In this document: positions 19,016-29,482 of the stretch, in pieces
Numbering within the stretch: position 1 is the stretch's first letter
How the letters are laid out: each line of letters opens with the position of its first letter
Origin: a virus
Virus record (IMG/VR): IMGVR_UViG_3300044613_002638
Span: 32,001 to 96,000 of that record
Reading direction: 5' to 3' (one strand)
Length of the DNA stretch: 64,000 nucleotides
Position numbers and translations under genes: made by a program
The notes under the pieces: generated by a model
What the model was told of the DNA's origin: nothing
Seen by the model: only the letters and a program-made list of their open reading frames with translations
Databases searched by the model: none

Positions 19016-19440
19016 TGGGACGTTATTTAAAAAATACACAACTGCAAGGAGGAAGTTATGCTATACAATTACCATTGGGTAGTAATAGCATTGGTCCTGA
19101 CCAACCAGTTAATGGACAAATAAGATTTAATACTAGTAACAATCGTGTAGAATTATTTTTTGCTGGTGTATGGAATCAAGTTGCAAAAATTGGTTCTGTT
19201 AACATTACAGTAGACGAATTTACTGGAGACGGTGTAACAACCACATTTACCATGAGTCAGGCTGAAAGCAGTGAAAGTGCTATTTTAGTTTCAATTGGCG
19301 GTGTTTATCAACAACCTATTACAAATTATACTGTTGATGGTAGCACTACAATTACTTTTACTAGTCCACCACCAGCCCCTGGTGTTAATCCTAACAAAAT
19401 TGTTGTAGTGCATAATCTCAACAGCACTGATGCTGCATAA
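19015..19440 (+). CDS. Virion structural protein
   Basis: 'GQIRFNT' and 'FTGDGVTTTFT...VSIGGVYQQP..YTV.G.TITFTSPP' domain, also found in the 19450 and 23656 proteins. Confidence 0.65.
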   Translation: MGRYLKNTQLQGGSYAIQLPLGSNSIGPDQPVNGQIRFNTSNNRVELFFAGVWNQVAKIGSVNITVDEFTGDGVTTTFTMSQAESSESAILVSIGGVYQQPITNYTVDGSTTITFTSPPPAPGVNPNKIVVVHNLNSTDAA

Positions 19441-19449
19441 GGACCAGTA

Positions 19450-22400
19450 ATGGCCATTGGTAGAATTAGCGGCGCACTACTATTTTCCGACCTAGATCGA
19501 CAAGGCACAGATCTTGCTTTTACCACCAATGGCCAGCCATTGGTTTACATGGATTTTACCAACTTTAGACTAGGTATCAATACTAATTCTATTGTTGATA
19601 CGTTTACAGTTGATGGAACTGCTAATGTTTCAGGCATAACAAAAATTTATGGAAATTTAGTTGCTGCATCTGGTGTTGAAGCATATGATGTTACTACGGG
19701 TGCATTCAATGTGGTTGGCGGTGCTGGTATCACTGGTAATTTATATGCAGGTAATTTATTTGCCAACAACTTCAGTGGTAATATCTCTAATGCCGGCGGC
19801 AGTTCTATTTTTGGTAATATCGCAGTCACCTATGCAGGAGTATTTGGATCACTTAACACAGCGAATGCCGTAATCACTGGTGGCTATATAAATGACCTAG
19901 CCAATCTTACCGCTACTGCTGCTCAGTTTTCAAATTTTAGTTCAGGTAACATACTAGTTTCTGGCGGTTATATCTCATCGCTGTCAAATATTACAGCTAC
20001 CACAGGCAATGTAGAAAGTTGGTATGCTACTGCACTTAATGCTACCAATGGTAATATAACTACCCTTACTGTTACAAATTTTAGCACTGGTAATGCTGTT
20101 ATTAGTGGTGGTTATATAACCAGTTTAAGTAATGCATATATCACAACCAGTGATGTAACAAATTTTAGCACAGGCAACGCTGTTATAAGCGGTGGCTATA
20201 TTGCTGGATTGGCAAATGCAACTATAACCACAGGTAATGTAGAAAGTTGGTATGCTACAGAATTAAATGGCACCAATGGTAATATCACTAATCTAACTGC
20301 TACAAACTTTAGTTCAGGCAACGTTCTAATTTCTGGCGGATATATTAGTCAACTTTCTAATATAACTGCGGTCACTGCTAATCTTGGTAATTTACAGATT
20401 GAAGATATTACATTATCTAGTTTAGTAGGTAATATAATCATCGAGCCCTTATTGAGTGATAGTAATGCTTTAACAATTATAAGTGGAACTAGCGCATTAC
20501 AATTACCTTCTGGAACAACTGTACAACAACCCAGTAATGCTTATCCAGGTGCTATAAGATGGAACACTAGTATAAGCAGCATCGAAGTATATTCGGATCC
20601 AACTTGGATTCCTTTACTAAGCGAAATAAACAACCAAGTAATTACCCCAGACGGTGTGAGCAATAATTACGTATTGGATTATGTCAGCACTGCTGAAGGT
20701 ATTATTGTCAGCATTAACGGAACATTACAGCAACCTGGAACAGCCTATACAGTATCTGGATCTACTATTTCCTTTACAGAAGTTCCATTAGTATCAGATA
20801 TTATATCTATTAGATTCATTTCTGCCGGTATTACTGAAAACAATGTTAATTTTGGAAACATTGCTGCTAATCTTATACCTTATGCTAATGTCACTTATGA
20901 TTTAGGATCTACATCTAATAGATGGAGAGATTTATGGTTAGCAGGAAACAGTATTCATCTGGGTGCAGCACTAATAACTAGTGTAGGCAATACAGTACAA
21001 CTACCAGCCGGTTCTACTGTAGGAGGTGCCAATGTTGATATTACATCAATTGAATCTAATATTATTGTTTTAAATGCAAATGTAGAAGCAGCTAACGCAG
21101 CTATAATTACTGCAAACTCGGCAATGAAAACCTATGTTGACGTTAACATTGCCGATGCTATCTTCATCGCTGGAAGTTATGGCAATGCAGTTGTTGCAGA
21201 ATATTTGTATTTTGACCCTTTAATATTATCTATTAGAGCCAACCTTGGTTCGACTCAAATTTGGGCTAATGCAAATATAGCTACCATTAATGCCAATTTG
21301 GGTTCATATCAAACATATGCCAATGCTAACGTTGTGGCTATACAGGACAACTTAAGTGCATATCAAACATACGCTAATGCCAATGTTGTGGCTATCCAGG
21401 ACAATTTAAGCGCATATCAAACATATGCCAATGCTAACGTTGTGGCTATACAGGCCAATTTGGGTTCATATCAAACATATGCCAATGCTAATGTTGTAGC
21501 TATACAAGCCAATCTAGGTGCCTACCAAACGTATGCAAATGCCAATGTTGTTGCCACTCAGGCTAACTTAGGTTCTTTTCAGACATACGCTAATACCAAA
21601 ATTGGAACTAATAGCAACAGCAATCTGGTGGTTGTAGCGACTACCGCTACAACTTCAACCACTACAGGTGCATTAATTGTTAGAGGCGGAACTGGAATAG
21701 CTGGTGCTGCTGTGGTTGCTGGTAATGTAACAATAGGCACCACAGCCCTTTCGTCACGAGCTAATTTATATCTTACAGGAGGAAATTTAGCAGCAGCTCC
21801 TGGTAGTTCACTTAAGATTGCAGAATTTCATTCAACAGTTACTAATGCTTCATATATTCAATTTTTAACACAAAGACACGCTCAAGGTGCAGATTGGACC
21901 ACTGCTAACACTAGAATACAGCAAATGATTGATGTAACTCCGCAGGGTTACATTGAATTTAATCCCAATGGGGCACAGTATGGAGTGGCAATAGGGTCTC
22001 AAAATTTCCAGGATATTGCACGATTTCACGACAGTACTGGTAATGTGGTTATCAGATCAACTACCGCAACAACATCAACAACCACAGGTGCTTTAGTTGT
22101 TGCTGGTGGTGTTGGTGTGGGTGGTAGTATCAGAGTTAGTGGAAATGTAGGAATTGGAACGTCAACTCCGCAAACAGGAACTTTATTCAATGTAGCAGGA
22201 ATTTCGGACCTTGGCAGAGATGGTTCGAATGGTTACATCCAAGTAGTTGGTGGTGGTGTAACTAATACAGGGTACATAGGATTTTATACCAGTGCCGATG
22301 TTCGACAAGCATATATCGGTTATATAGGTACTCCCAATGATGCGCTCAACATCGAAACTGATGCAGGATCAAATAAACCAATTCGATTTGCAACAAATGC

Positions 22401-23301
22401 TACACCTAGAATGACTATTGCCAGTAGTGGCAACGTAACGGTATCTAACTACTTAACTGCAAACTTAACAACCACAACTAGCGGTCCATTTGATTCAGGT
22501 ACAGGTGCTACGTGGACCAATCCTCGAACTACAGCAACTTGGGCTAAAATTGAAATCTGGGGTGGCGGTGGCGGTGGTGGTGGTTCCGCTTCTGGTGGTG
22601 CAGGAGGTGGTGGTGGCGGTGGTGCGTATTTTACTGTGACAGTCCCGTTTAATTATCTTGGCGCTACAGAAACTTACACCGTTGGCGGAGGCGGCGCAGG
22701 AGTAGCTTCTGCAACTAACGGAAGCGGTGGTGGAACTACTACGTTTACTATTTCAAATTGGCCTGGCGGTGCAAGAACCATCTCTGCTTACGGTGGCGGT
22801 GGCGGAGGTGGCGCCGCATCTACTGTTGGTTATTCTGGTGGCGGTGGCGGAGGTGTTTTAGGAACGGGCGGTAGCGCAGCAGGCGGAACAATTGGGCAAG
22901 GAGGTGCTCCTATAGCCGGCGTACAGGCCAGTGGTGATGGTAACGAAGGTTATGGCGGAGGAGCCGGGTCCGGCGCAGTAGCAACACCAGGTGGTTTTGC
23001 CTACTACGGAGGTGGTGGTGGAGGTTGTGGCGAAAATGCTACTGGAACAGGCGTTACTGGAATAGGTGGTAGTTCTGTGTATGGTGGAGGTGGTGGAGGT
23101 GGTGGTAACGACTCCGGCACTGTACGTTGCCCCGGTGGAACCTCTACATTTGGGGGTAAAGGCGGTGATGGTGGCTATGGAAATAATACCACTCCAGCGC
23201 AAGACGGCACAGTTCCCGGCGGTGGGGGAGGTGGTTCCGACTTAGGCACAGCAGGTTCTGGTGCCGGCGCAGCAGGTAGATTGCTAATTACTATATGGTA
23301 A
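19450..23301 (+). CDS. Long tail fibre with internal repeats and a C-terminal glycine-rich adhesin-like domain
   Basis: 1283 aa with N/T/G-rich beta repeats, an 18-aa repeat block and a polyglycine C-terminus. Confidence 0.75.
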   Translation: MAIGRISGALLFSDLDRQGTDLAFTTNGQPLVYMDFTNFRLGINTNSIVDTFTVDGTANVSGITKIYGNLVAASGVEAYDVTTGAFNVVGGAGITGNLYAGNLFANNFSGNISNAGGSSIFGNIAVTYAGVFGSLNTANAVITGGYINDLANLTATAAQFSNFSSGNILVSGGYISSLSNITATTGNVESWYATALNATNGNITTLTVTNFSTGNAVISGGYITSLSNAYITTSDVTNFSTGNAVISGGYIAGLANATITTGNVESWYATELNGTNGNITNLTATNFSSGNVLISGGYISQLSNITAVTANLGNLQIEDITLSSLVGNIIIEPLLSDSNALTIISGTSALQLPSGTTVQQPSNAYPGAIRWNTSISSIEVYSDPTWIPLLSEINNQVITPDGVSNNYVLDYVSTAEGIIVSINGTLQQPGTAYTVSGSTISFTEVPLVSDIISIRFISAGITENNVNFGNIAANLIPYANVTYDLGSTSNRWRDLWLAGNSIHLGAALITSVGNTVQLPAGSTVGGANVDITSIESNIIVLNANVEAANAAIITANSAMKTYVDVNIADAIFIAGSYGNAVVAEYLYFDPLILSIRANLGSTQIWANANIATINANLGSYQTYANANVVAIQDNLSAYQTYANANVVAIQDNLSAYQTYANANVVAIQANLGSYQTYANANVVAIQANLGAYQTYANANVVATQANLGSFQTYANTKIGTNSNSNLVVVATTATTSTTTGALIVRGGTGIAGAAVVAGNVTIGTTALSSRANLYLTGGNLAAAPGSSLKIAEFHSTVTNASYIQFLTQRHAQGADWTTANTRIQQMIDVTPQGYIEFNPNGAQYGVAIGSQNFQDIARFHDSTGNVVIRSTTATTSTTTGALVVAGGVGVGGSIRVSGNVGIGTSTPQTGTLFNVAGISDLGRDGSNGYIQVVGGGVTNTGYIGFYTSADVRQAYIGYIGTPNDALNIETDAGSNKPIRFATNATPRMTIASSGNVTVSNYLTANLTTTTSGPFDSGTGATWTNPRTTATWAKIEIWGGGGGGGGSASGGAGGGGGGGAYFTVTVPFNYLGATETYTVGGGGAGVASATNGSGGGTTTFTISNWPGGARTISAYGGGGGGGAASTVGYSGGGGGGVLGTGGSAAGGTIGQGGAPIAGVQASGDGNEGYGGGAGSGAVATPGGFAYYGGGGGGCGENATGTGVTGIGGSSVYGGGGGGGGNDSGTVRCPGGTSTFGGKGGDGGYGNNTTPAQDGTVPGGGGGGSDLGTAGSGAGAAGRLLITIW
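21295..21600 (+). repeat. 54-bp coding tandem repeat (NLGSYQTYANANVVAIQA, about 5.5 copies)
   Basis: Visible in both DNA and protein. Confidence 0.9.
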
Positions 23302-23305
23302 AATT

Positions 23306-23548
23306 ATGACTACTTTTGCAATTATTAATAGGAATACTTCTCGAGTTGAAAATATCAGTGAAGATCAGCGCAATGCTGAAGAAATAGTTCTTCCTGATCC
23401 ATATTTTGTTGTACCCATAAAAGACACACCTTCACTTGTGTGGACGCATGATGGCAACGAGTGGACTCAAATTTTGGGTTCAGGGATGGGCGGAATCGGC
23501 GACACATGGGACGGTGACAAATTTATCAGACCAAAACCTGTTGCATAA
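23306..23548 (+). CDS. Small tail-fibre chaperone/assembly-like protein
   Basis: Follows a Gly-rich fibre; C-terminal 'GIGDTWDGDKFIRP' motif. Confidence 0.55.
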   Translation: MTTFAIINRNTSRVENISEDQRNAEEIVLPDPYFVVPIKDTPSLVWTHDGNEWTQILGSGMGGIGDTWDGDKFIRPKPVA

Positions 23549-23655
23549 TCTTGCAGCAATACATCAATAAAAATACACTTTTATTTTCATAGTTTTACAC
23601 TTACGCAGCTGAATCTTTTTTTTGGTAAATAGTAGATATATCCTAAGGATTCATA

Positions 23656-26600
23656 ATGGCTGTCACACGAATTAAAAATAATCAGATCACTGACGCTACA
23701 ATTACAGCAGCTAAAATTGCAAGTCAAACATTAGTTGGCAGTTTATTTGCTACAGATCTTACGCTAAACTCCAATTTAAGTATTATTGGTAATCTTACCA
23801 TTACTGGAACATCCAGTAACATCAATGCTACCAATACGTTTATTTCTGATCCATTTGTAATTTTTAACAACGGTTACACAGGCTCGTTGACTAATTATAC
23901 AATTGGTATGTTGTTAAATCGTAATCTTTCTAGCTTAGGGGATTTTGGCGCAGTAAACACAGCTTGGGTTTGGTCAGAAGCAGATGCAGCATTTACAGGT
24001 ATAGCAACCACTGATACAGGTTCGGGTATCGTAAGCATTAATAATTCTGGTTACGCTAATATTAAAATAGGTAATTTACAAGCCGTTACTGCAATAAATG
24101 CTTCTAGCATTAGTGCTACTACAATTAGTTTCAATGACGCATCAGTAGCAAACTTAGTGGTAACAAATTTTAGTACCGGTAATGCAGTTATAAGTGGCGG
24201 TTATATTTCTGATTTAGCTAATGCCACTATAACAACTGGTAATGTACAGAGTTGGTATGCAACAGACTTAAATTCTACCAATGGAAATATCACTACCCTT
24301 ACAGCAACAACTGTTAATGCTGGTACAACAACATCAGCAACACTAAATGCAACAACTGGTAATGTCACTACATTAGGTGCTATAGATACAACTACAGTAA
24401 ATTTAAATGTTACCAGTGGTAATGTCACCACCTTAGGTGCTATAGATACAACTACAGTGAATCTAAATGCAACCAATGGAAATGTTACTACATTGGGCGT
24501 TGGAACTGCAACAGCCACTACACTTAACGCAACCAATGGTAATGTTACCACATTAGGCGCTGTAGATACCACTACAGTGAATTTGAATGTAACCAGTGGT
24601 AATGTTACCACCTTAGGTGCTATAGATACAACTACTGTAAATTTAAACGTTACTACTGGTAATATAACTACACTAGGTGCTGGAACTACAACTACCACTA
24701 CACTTAATACAACTACTGCTAATATAACAAGCGGAGATGCTACTACTTTTGTAGCTGATAATTTTAGTTCTGGTAATGCTGTTATTACAGGCGGCAGCAT
24801 AAACAGCAGTCCGGTAGGTAATTCTACACCATCAACTGGTGCGTTTACTACTTTGTCGTCGAATGGTTTAACAACTTTCACTGATGCAACACAAAGCGAT
24901 AACGCATCAACTGGTGCAGTTGTAGTTACTGGTGGTGTAGGTATTGGTGCTAATTTAAATGTAGCCGGAAATGTAACTATACTTGGTAATCTTCTAGTAT
25001 TAGGAAATACTACAACACTTAACACTGAAACATTAAATGTAGAAGATTTGAATATTACTGTAGCGGCCAATGCTACAAGTGGAGCTGAAGCTAATGGAGC
25101 CGGATTAACAGTAGCCGGAGCCAATGCCACCTTTACCTATTTAAATGCAGACGATAGCTGGAATCTGAATAAAAAATTAAACGGAACTAGTTTCAATGCA
25201 GCAGTAGCAAATATCACAAGTGCCAATATCACAACAATAGATGCAAGCACAACTACAACTGCAAATATAAATTCAACTACTGGTAATATTACTACACTTA
25301 CATCGACCACAATCAACGCAGGAACAACTACGTCTGCTGTGTTAAATGCTACTACAGGTAATATTACTACACTAGATTCAGGAACTACTACAACTGCTAA
25401 TCTTAACACTAGCAATGCGAATATTACCTCTGGTTTTGCTACTACATTGGTAGTCACTAATTTTAGTTCGCCTAACGCAGTAGTAACAGGCGGTTCTATC
25501 AACAATACTATTATTGGAAATTCCACGCCAGCTGCTGCTACGGTAACTCTGCTATTGGCTGAAGGTAACATTGTTGCTAACTCGGGTACTTTAGCAACTA
25601 ATTATACCACTGGTGCCATTGTGGTACCAAATGGCGGTGGTGTTGGTATTACAGGCGATTTATGGGTTCAAGGGCCTAGCACATTTGCTGGTAATATTGT
25701 AGCAGGTAACATTCAGTTAAGCGGTAATATAAACGTACCAGTTGGCGGAACTTTCTCCAATACAGGTGTGTTCTTTGGTAATGCTGGAGGTATTGGTGCT
25801 TTGTATGCTGGTACTACCACATACACTGCCTTGCCTACTACTGTTTTACAACTTAGTGGAAATGTAGACACTTACGCTCAGCTTAACTTTCAAAATATAA
25901 ATTCTGGAAGTGCAGCTAGTACAGACTTTGTAGCAACAGCCGACAACGGGTCAGACACAGACGGATATATCAACCTAGGTATAAACTCTAGCACATTTAA
26001 TGTACCAGAATATCCTGGATATTATCCAAATGATGGTTATTTGATCTTGCATGGACTTGAACCAGGCACGGGTAATCTAAATATTCATTCGCATGCATCA
26101 ACTTCAGTAATTAAATTTATTCAAGGTGAGTTTGATGATGGCAATACAAAAGCAGCTATTACTTCCAACGGATTATTTGTAAATGCCACTACTGCCACTA
26201 CATCAACCACTAGCGGTGCTTTCATTGTTACAGGCGGTGCTGCTTTTGGAAGTAATATTAATGCCGCTCAAGGCGCAGTGTTCAACGTGTCCAAAACTGC
26301 TAACTATGATTTTATTGTACGCGGTGACAACGACGATACATTGATTTGGGCCAGACCTAGTAGTGCATATGATTCAGTTGTAATTGGTAATAGTGCTACA
26401 ACAAGCACATTGGTTGCAGGCGCTAAATTAATTATCAACACCACTGATTCTATTTTAATTCCAGTTGGATCTACGGCACAAAGACCAGGGTCGACTGGCG
26501 GCACTGATACTGCTGGTATGATAAGATTTAATACCAGTAACGCACAATTAGAATTTTATAATGGTTCAAGTTGGACTAATACTGGCACCAGTTTTACAGT

Positions 26601-27411
26601 TATTGCGTCTGAAACCTTTGATGGTGATGATCTGACAGTAAACTTTACACTTGCTGCGTCGGCTACTACTGCCAGCGTTATTGTGAGCACAAACGGTGTT
26701 CTACAAATCCCAGGACTGGCTTATACAGTGAGTGGTACTACACTTACTTTCACATCGGCACCGGCCACAGGTGACAAAATAGAAGTTCGTAGACTTGCAA
26801 CTACAGCAACAGTATCAACATTAGAGTCATCAAATGGATTTGTATCTTTTGTAACAACTAATACTTTTGCCAACATCAATGCTGGTACAGGATCTGCTGT
26901 TACTAGAATGAGTTTCAACACCACTGGTAATGTTGCAGTTACTGGTAATATAGCTCCTAGTGCAAACGTTGCTTATGATTTAGGTGATTCTACCAATTGG
27001 TTTAAAAATATTTTTGTAAATTCAACTATAACTGGTGGTGCTGATATCGCAGAAAATTATATAGCTGACGCTGTTTATAACCCAGGTACAGTTGTTGAAT
27101 TCGGAGGCGAAGCAGAAGTAACCGTTTCAATGACTGAAGGTAGCACCAAAATTGCCGGCGTAATAACTTCAAATCCTGCTCATGTCATGAATGGTGGTTT
27201 AAAAGGCAGTTCTATTGCTAGTGTGGCCTTATTGGGTCGTGTACCTGTAAATGTAATTGGACCAGTTTATAAAGGGGATATGTTGATTAGTGCGGGTTAT
27301 GGATTCGCACGTGCCTGTTCAAATCCAATAATAGGATCAGTGATTGGCAAGGCATTGGCAAATTTTGATGGAGAAAAAGGTTCAGTCGAAGTGGTTGTTG
27401 GCAGGCTATAA
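23656..27411 (+). CDS. Long fibre/spike protein with C-terminal intramolecular chaperone (peptidase G2-like) domain
   Basis: Thr-rich 20-aa repeats; C-terminal 'ADIAENY...PGTVV.FGG...AGVI...GRVPV...KGD.L...IGKAL'. Confidence 0.75.
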   Translation: MAVTRIKNNQITDATITAAKIASQTLVGSLFATDLTLNSNLSIIGNLTITGTSSNINATNTFISDPFVIFNNGYTGSLTNYTIGMLLNRNLSSLGDFGAVNTAWVWSEADAAFTGIATTDTGSGIVSINNSGYANIKIGNLQAVTAINASSISATTISFNDASVANLVVTNFSTGNAVISGGYISDLANATITTGNVQSWYATDLNSTNGNITTLTATTVNAGTTTSATLNATTGNVTTLGAIDTTTVNLNVTSGNVTTLGAIDTTTVNLNATNGNVTTLGVGTATATTLNATNGNVTTLGAVDTTTVNLNVTSGNVTTLGAIDTTTVNLNVTTGNITTLGAGTTTTTTLNTTTANITSGDATTFVADNFSSGNAVITGGSINSSPVGNSTPSTGAFTTLSSNGLTTFTDATQSDNASTGAVVVTGGVGIGANLNVAGNVTILGNLLVLGNTTTLNTETLNVEDLNITVAANATSGAEANGAGLTVAGANATFTYLNADDSWNLNKKLNGTSFNAAVANITSANITTIDASTTTTANINSTTGNITTLTSTTINAGTTTSAVLNATTGNITTLDSGTTTTANLNTSNANITSGFATTLVVTNFSSPNAVVTGGSINNTIIGNSTPAAATVTLLLAEGNIVANSGTLATNYTTGAIVVPNGGGVGITGDLWVQGPSTFAGNIVAGNIQLSGNINVPVGGTFSNTGVFFGNAGGIGALYAGTTTYTALPTTVLQLSGNVDTYAQLNFQNINSGSAASTDFVATADNGSDTDGYINLGINSSTFNVPEYPGYYPNDGYLILHGLEPGTGNLNIHSHASTSVIKFIQGEFDDGNTKAAITSNGLFVNATTATTSTTSGAFIVTGGAAFGSNINAAQGAVFNVSKTANYDFIVRGDNDDTLIWARPSSAYDSVVIGNSATTSTLVAGAKLIINTTDSILIPVGSTAQRPGSTGGTDTAGMIRFNTSNAQLEFYNGSSWTNTGTSFTVIASETFDGDDLTVNFTLAASATTASVIVSTNGVLQIPGLAYTVSGTTLTFTSAPATGDKIEVRRLATTATVSTLESSNGFVSFVTTNTFANINAGTGSAVTRMSFNTTGNVAVTGNIAPSANVAYDLGDSTNWFKNIFVNSTITGGADIAENYIADAVYNPGTVVEFGGEAEVTVSMTEGSTKIAGVITSNPAHVMNGGLKGSSIASVALLGRVPVNVIGPVYKGDMLISAGYGFARACSNPIIGSVIGKALANFDGEKGSVEVVVGRL
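24340..24720 (+). repeat. 60-bp coding tandem repeat (GNVTTLGAIDTTTVNLNVTS)
   Basis: About 6 imperfect copies at 60-nt period. Confidence 0.88.
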
Positions 27412-27423
27412 AGGTTAACTAAA

Positions 27424-28137
27424 ATGGCTTTAACAAAACCCAAGCTTAGTCAGAATATCGACACCGATGTCTCAGTTTTTAGCGATCCAATATTAGTATT
27501 ACATCAAGGATCAACATCTGCAAATTTAGATGTTGGTTTTTTAATGAATCGTTCAAACGGTTTAACGTCCAATGCTGCGGTTATTTGGCAAGAAAGCACG
27601 AGAAGTTTTGTTTATATATTAACAAACGATAGTGGTGCATCAAATTCAAATCTTAATGTTTTATCATATGCCAACGTAACAGTAGGTAATATAACTTCCA
27701 ACGTTTTATACACTTACGAAGGTATTCGTTGGGCAGGTAATGGTAACGTTTTTGCGTCTGGCGGCGGTGGGGGCATAACTTACACAGCAAGTGCAACGGC
27801 TCCGTTGTCTCCTACAATTGGCGATCAATGGTATGATACCGGAACAGATATATTATTTGAATATATTGACGATGGGGATGATGTTTATTGGGTAGATATC
27901 AATTCGCCTACACTGTATACAAATAATATTGTAACTGGTACAAGTTTATCAATAACAGGTAATGCAACTGTAAACGATACTATGACTGCAGGCAATATTA
28001 GAACCAATGGAATATATTGGTCGGCAAATGGAATACCAATTACAAGCACTACCGGCGGATTGCCAATTGATTTTGGTTTTGTAACTGATCCAGTGGCTTC
28101 ATTAAACAGTCAAATTAATTTTGGTACTGTTATATAA
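27424..28137 (+). CDS. Fibre-associated structural protein
   Basis: 'APLSPTIGDQWYDT...LFEYIDDG...YWVDI' module shared with 29483, 36252 and 38698. Confidence 0.65.
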   Translation: MALTKPKLSQNIDTDVSVFSDPILVLHQGSTSANLDVGFLMNRSNGLTSNAAVIWQESTRSFVYILTNDSGASNSNLNVLSYANVTVGNITSNVLYTYEGIRWAGNGNVFASGGGGGITYTASATAPLSPTIGDQWYDTGTDILFEYIDDGDDVYWVDINSPTLYTNNIVTGTSLSITGNATVNDTMTAGNIRTNGIYWSANGIPITSTTGGLPIDFGFVTDPVASLNSQINFGTVI

Positions 28138-28173
28138 AACCAGGCAAATAAATATAAAGATAAAGGTTTAGAA

Positions 28174-29481
28174 ATGAGTACACAAGTACAATGGCGAAGA
28201 GGAACCGACAGCGAGATTGCTGCATTTACTGGTGCTGACGGCGAAATCACTGTTAACACCACTAATTACACATTAAATGTTCACGATGGTGTAACTGCCG
28301 GTGGCTTTGCTATTGTGGGCACGACAGCTACTCAAGCTCTTTCTAACAAAACTTTGAGCGGCAACACTACAATTAGCGGTAATTTAATTCCTGGTGCAAA
28401 TATTACTTACAGTTTAGGCACAAGCACAGCTAGGTTTAAAGATTTATGGTTAGCTGGAAATACAATCTATTTAGATGGTGCCAATATTAGTGTAGTCAAT
28501 GGTAACATTGTGTTTTATAATACCCAAGGTGCATCTGTTGATATTGGGTCATTGGATTCAACTTCAACTGCTTTTCAAACTTATGCAAATACAAAAATTG
28601 GAACAAACTCTAATAGTAATTTAGTTGTGCTGAGTACAACAGCTACAACTTCTGCTACCACTGGTGCACTAGTAGTGAGAGGCGGAGTTGGTATAGCTGG
28701 TAATGTTATAGTAGGCGGAACTGGTGCGAGTTCTCTAAGAGCAGGTGCATTTGTCACTGATGTTCTTAATCTTGATCCTGGCACAAGTAATATAGCTTCG
28801 AGATTTGGAAAAGGGGCCATAGCATCAGGCACAGGCATAATAGGATGGAATCGCAGTGCCGGTCGTGGCGAAATGTCTTTCGTACAAAACAAAAACGGCG
28901 GATCCCAAGGCGGATTTGTATTTTATGATTGGGCCAACACAGCAGTTAACACAACCACAGAGATTTTCGCTATAACAGAAACTGGAAATATAAGTGTGTT
29001 TGGTAATATTACACCAAATGCAAACGTGATTTACGATATAGGTAGTCCTACGTCTTGGTTTAATACATTTTATGGAGTATCAACTCAAGCTAGATACGCC
29101 GACTTGGCAGAAAACTATCAAGCAGACGATGACTATGAACCAGGTGCTGTGTTGGTATTTGGTGGTACACACGAAGTTACTATATCAACACAATCTCATG
29201 ACACCACAGTGGCAGGTGTTGTATCTACTAGCCCTGCACATTTAATGAATGGAGCATTGCAAGGGCACAATGTTGTAGCATTGGCATTGCAGGGACGAGT
29301 ACCTTGCCGTGTGCAAGGGCCTGTGAACAAAGGCACTGTATTAGTTTCAAGTTCAATACCAGGAACTGCTGAAGCAATTGATTATACATATTATCAACCA
29401 GGCTCAATTTTAGGAAAAAGCTTAGAACAAATTGAAGATAACAGTATTAGAACAATAGAAATAGTTGTAGGAAGATTCTAA
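28174..29481 (+). CDS. Fibre with Mtd_N-like N-terminus and C-terminal peptidase G2-like chaperone
   Basis: N-terminal 'QVQWRRGT...GEITV...VHDGVTAGG'; C-terminal 'ADLAENY...GRVPC'. Confidence 0.72.
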   Translation: MSTQVQWRRGTDSEIAAFTGADGEITVNTTNYTLNVHDGVTAGGFAIVGTTATQALSNKTLSGNTTISGNLIPGANITYSLGTSTARFKDLWLAGNTIYLDGANISVVNGNIVFYNTQGASVDIGSLDSTSTAFQTYANTKIGTNSNSNLVVLSTTATTSATTGALVVRGGVGIAGNVIVGGTGASSLRAGAFVTDVLNLDPGTSNIASRFGKGAIASGTGIIGWNRSAGRGEMSFVQNKNGGSQGGFVFYDWANTAVNTTTEIFAITETGNISVFGNITPNANVIYDIGSPTSWFNTFYGVSTQARYADLAENYQADDDYEPGAVLVFGGTHEVTISTQSHDTTVAGVVSTSPAHLMNGALQGHNVVALALQGRVPCRVQGPVNKGTVLVSSSIPGTAEAIDYTYYQPGSILGKSLEQIEDNSIRTIEIVVGRF

Positions 29482-29482
29482 C

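Noticed and set aside
21295-24720. CRISPR-like arrays
   Set aside because: The repeats are in-frame coding tandem units without unique spacers, and no cas genes are present.
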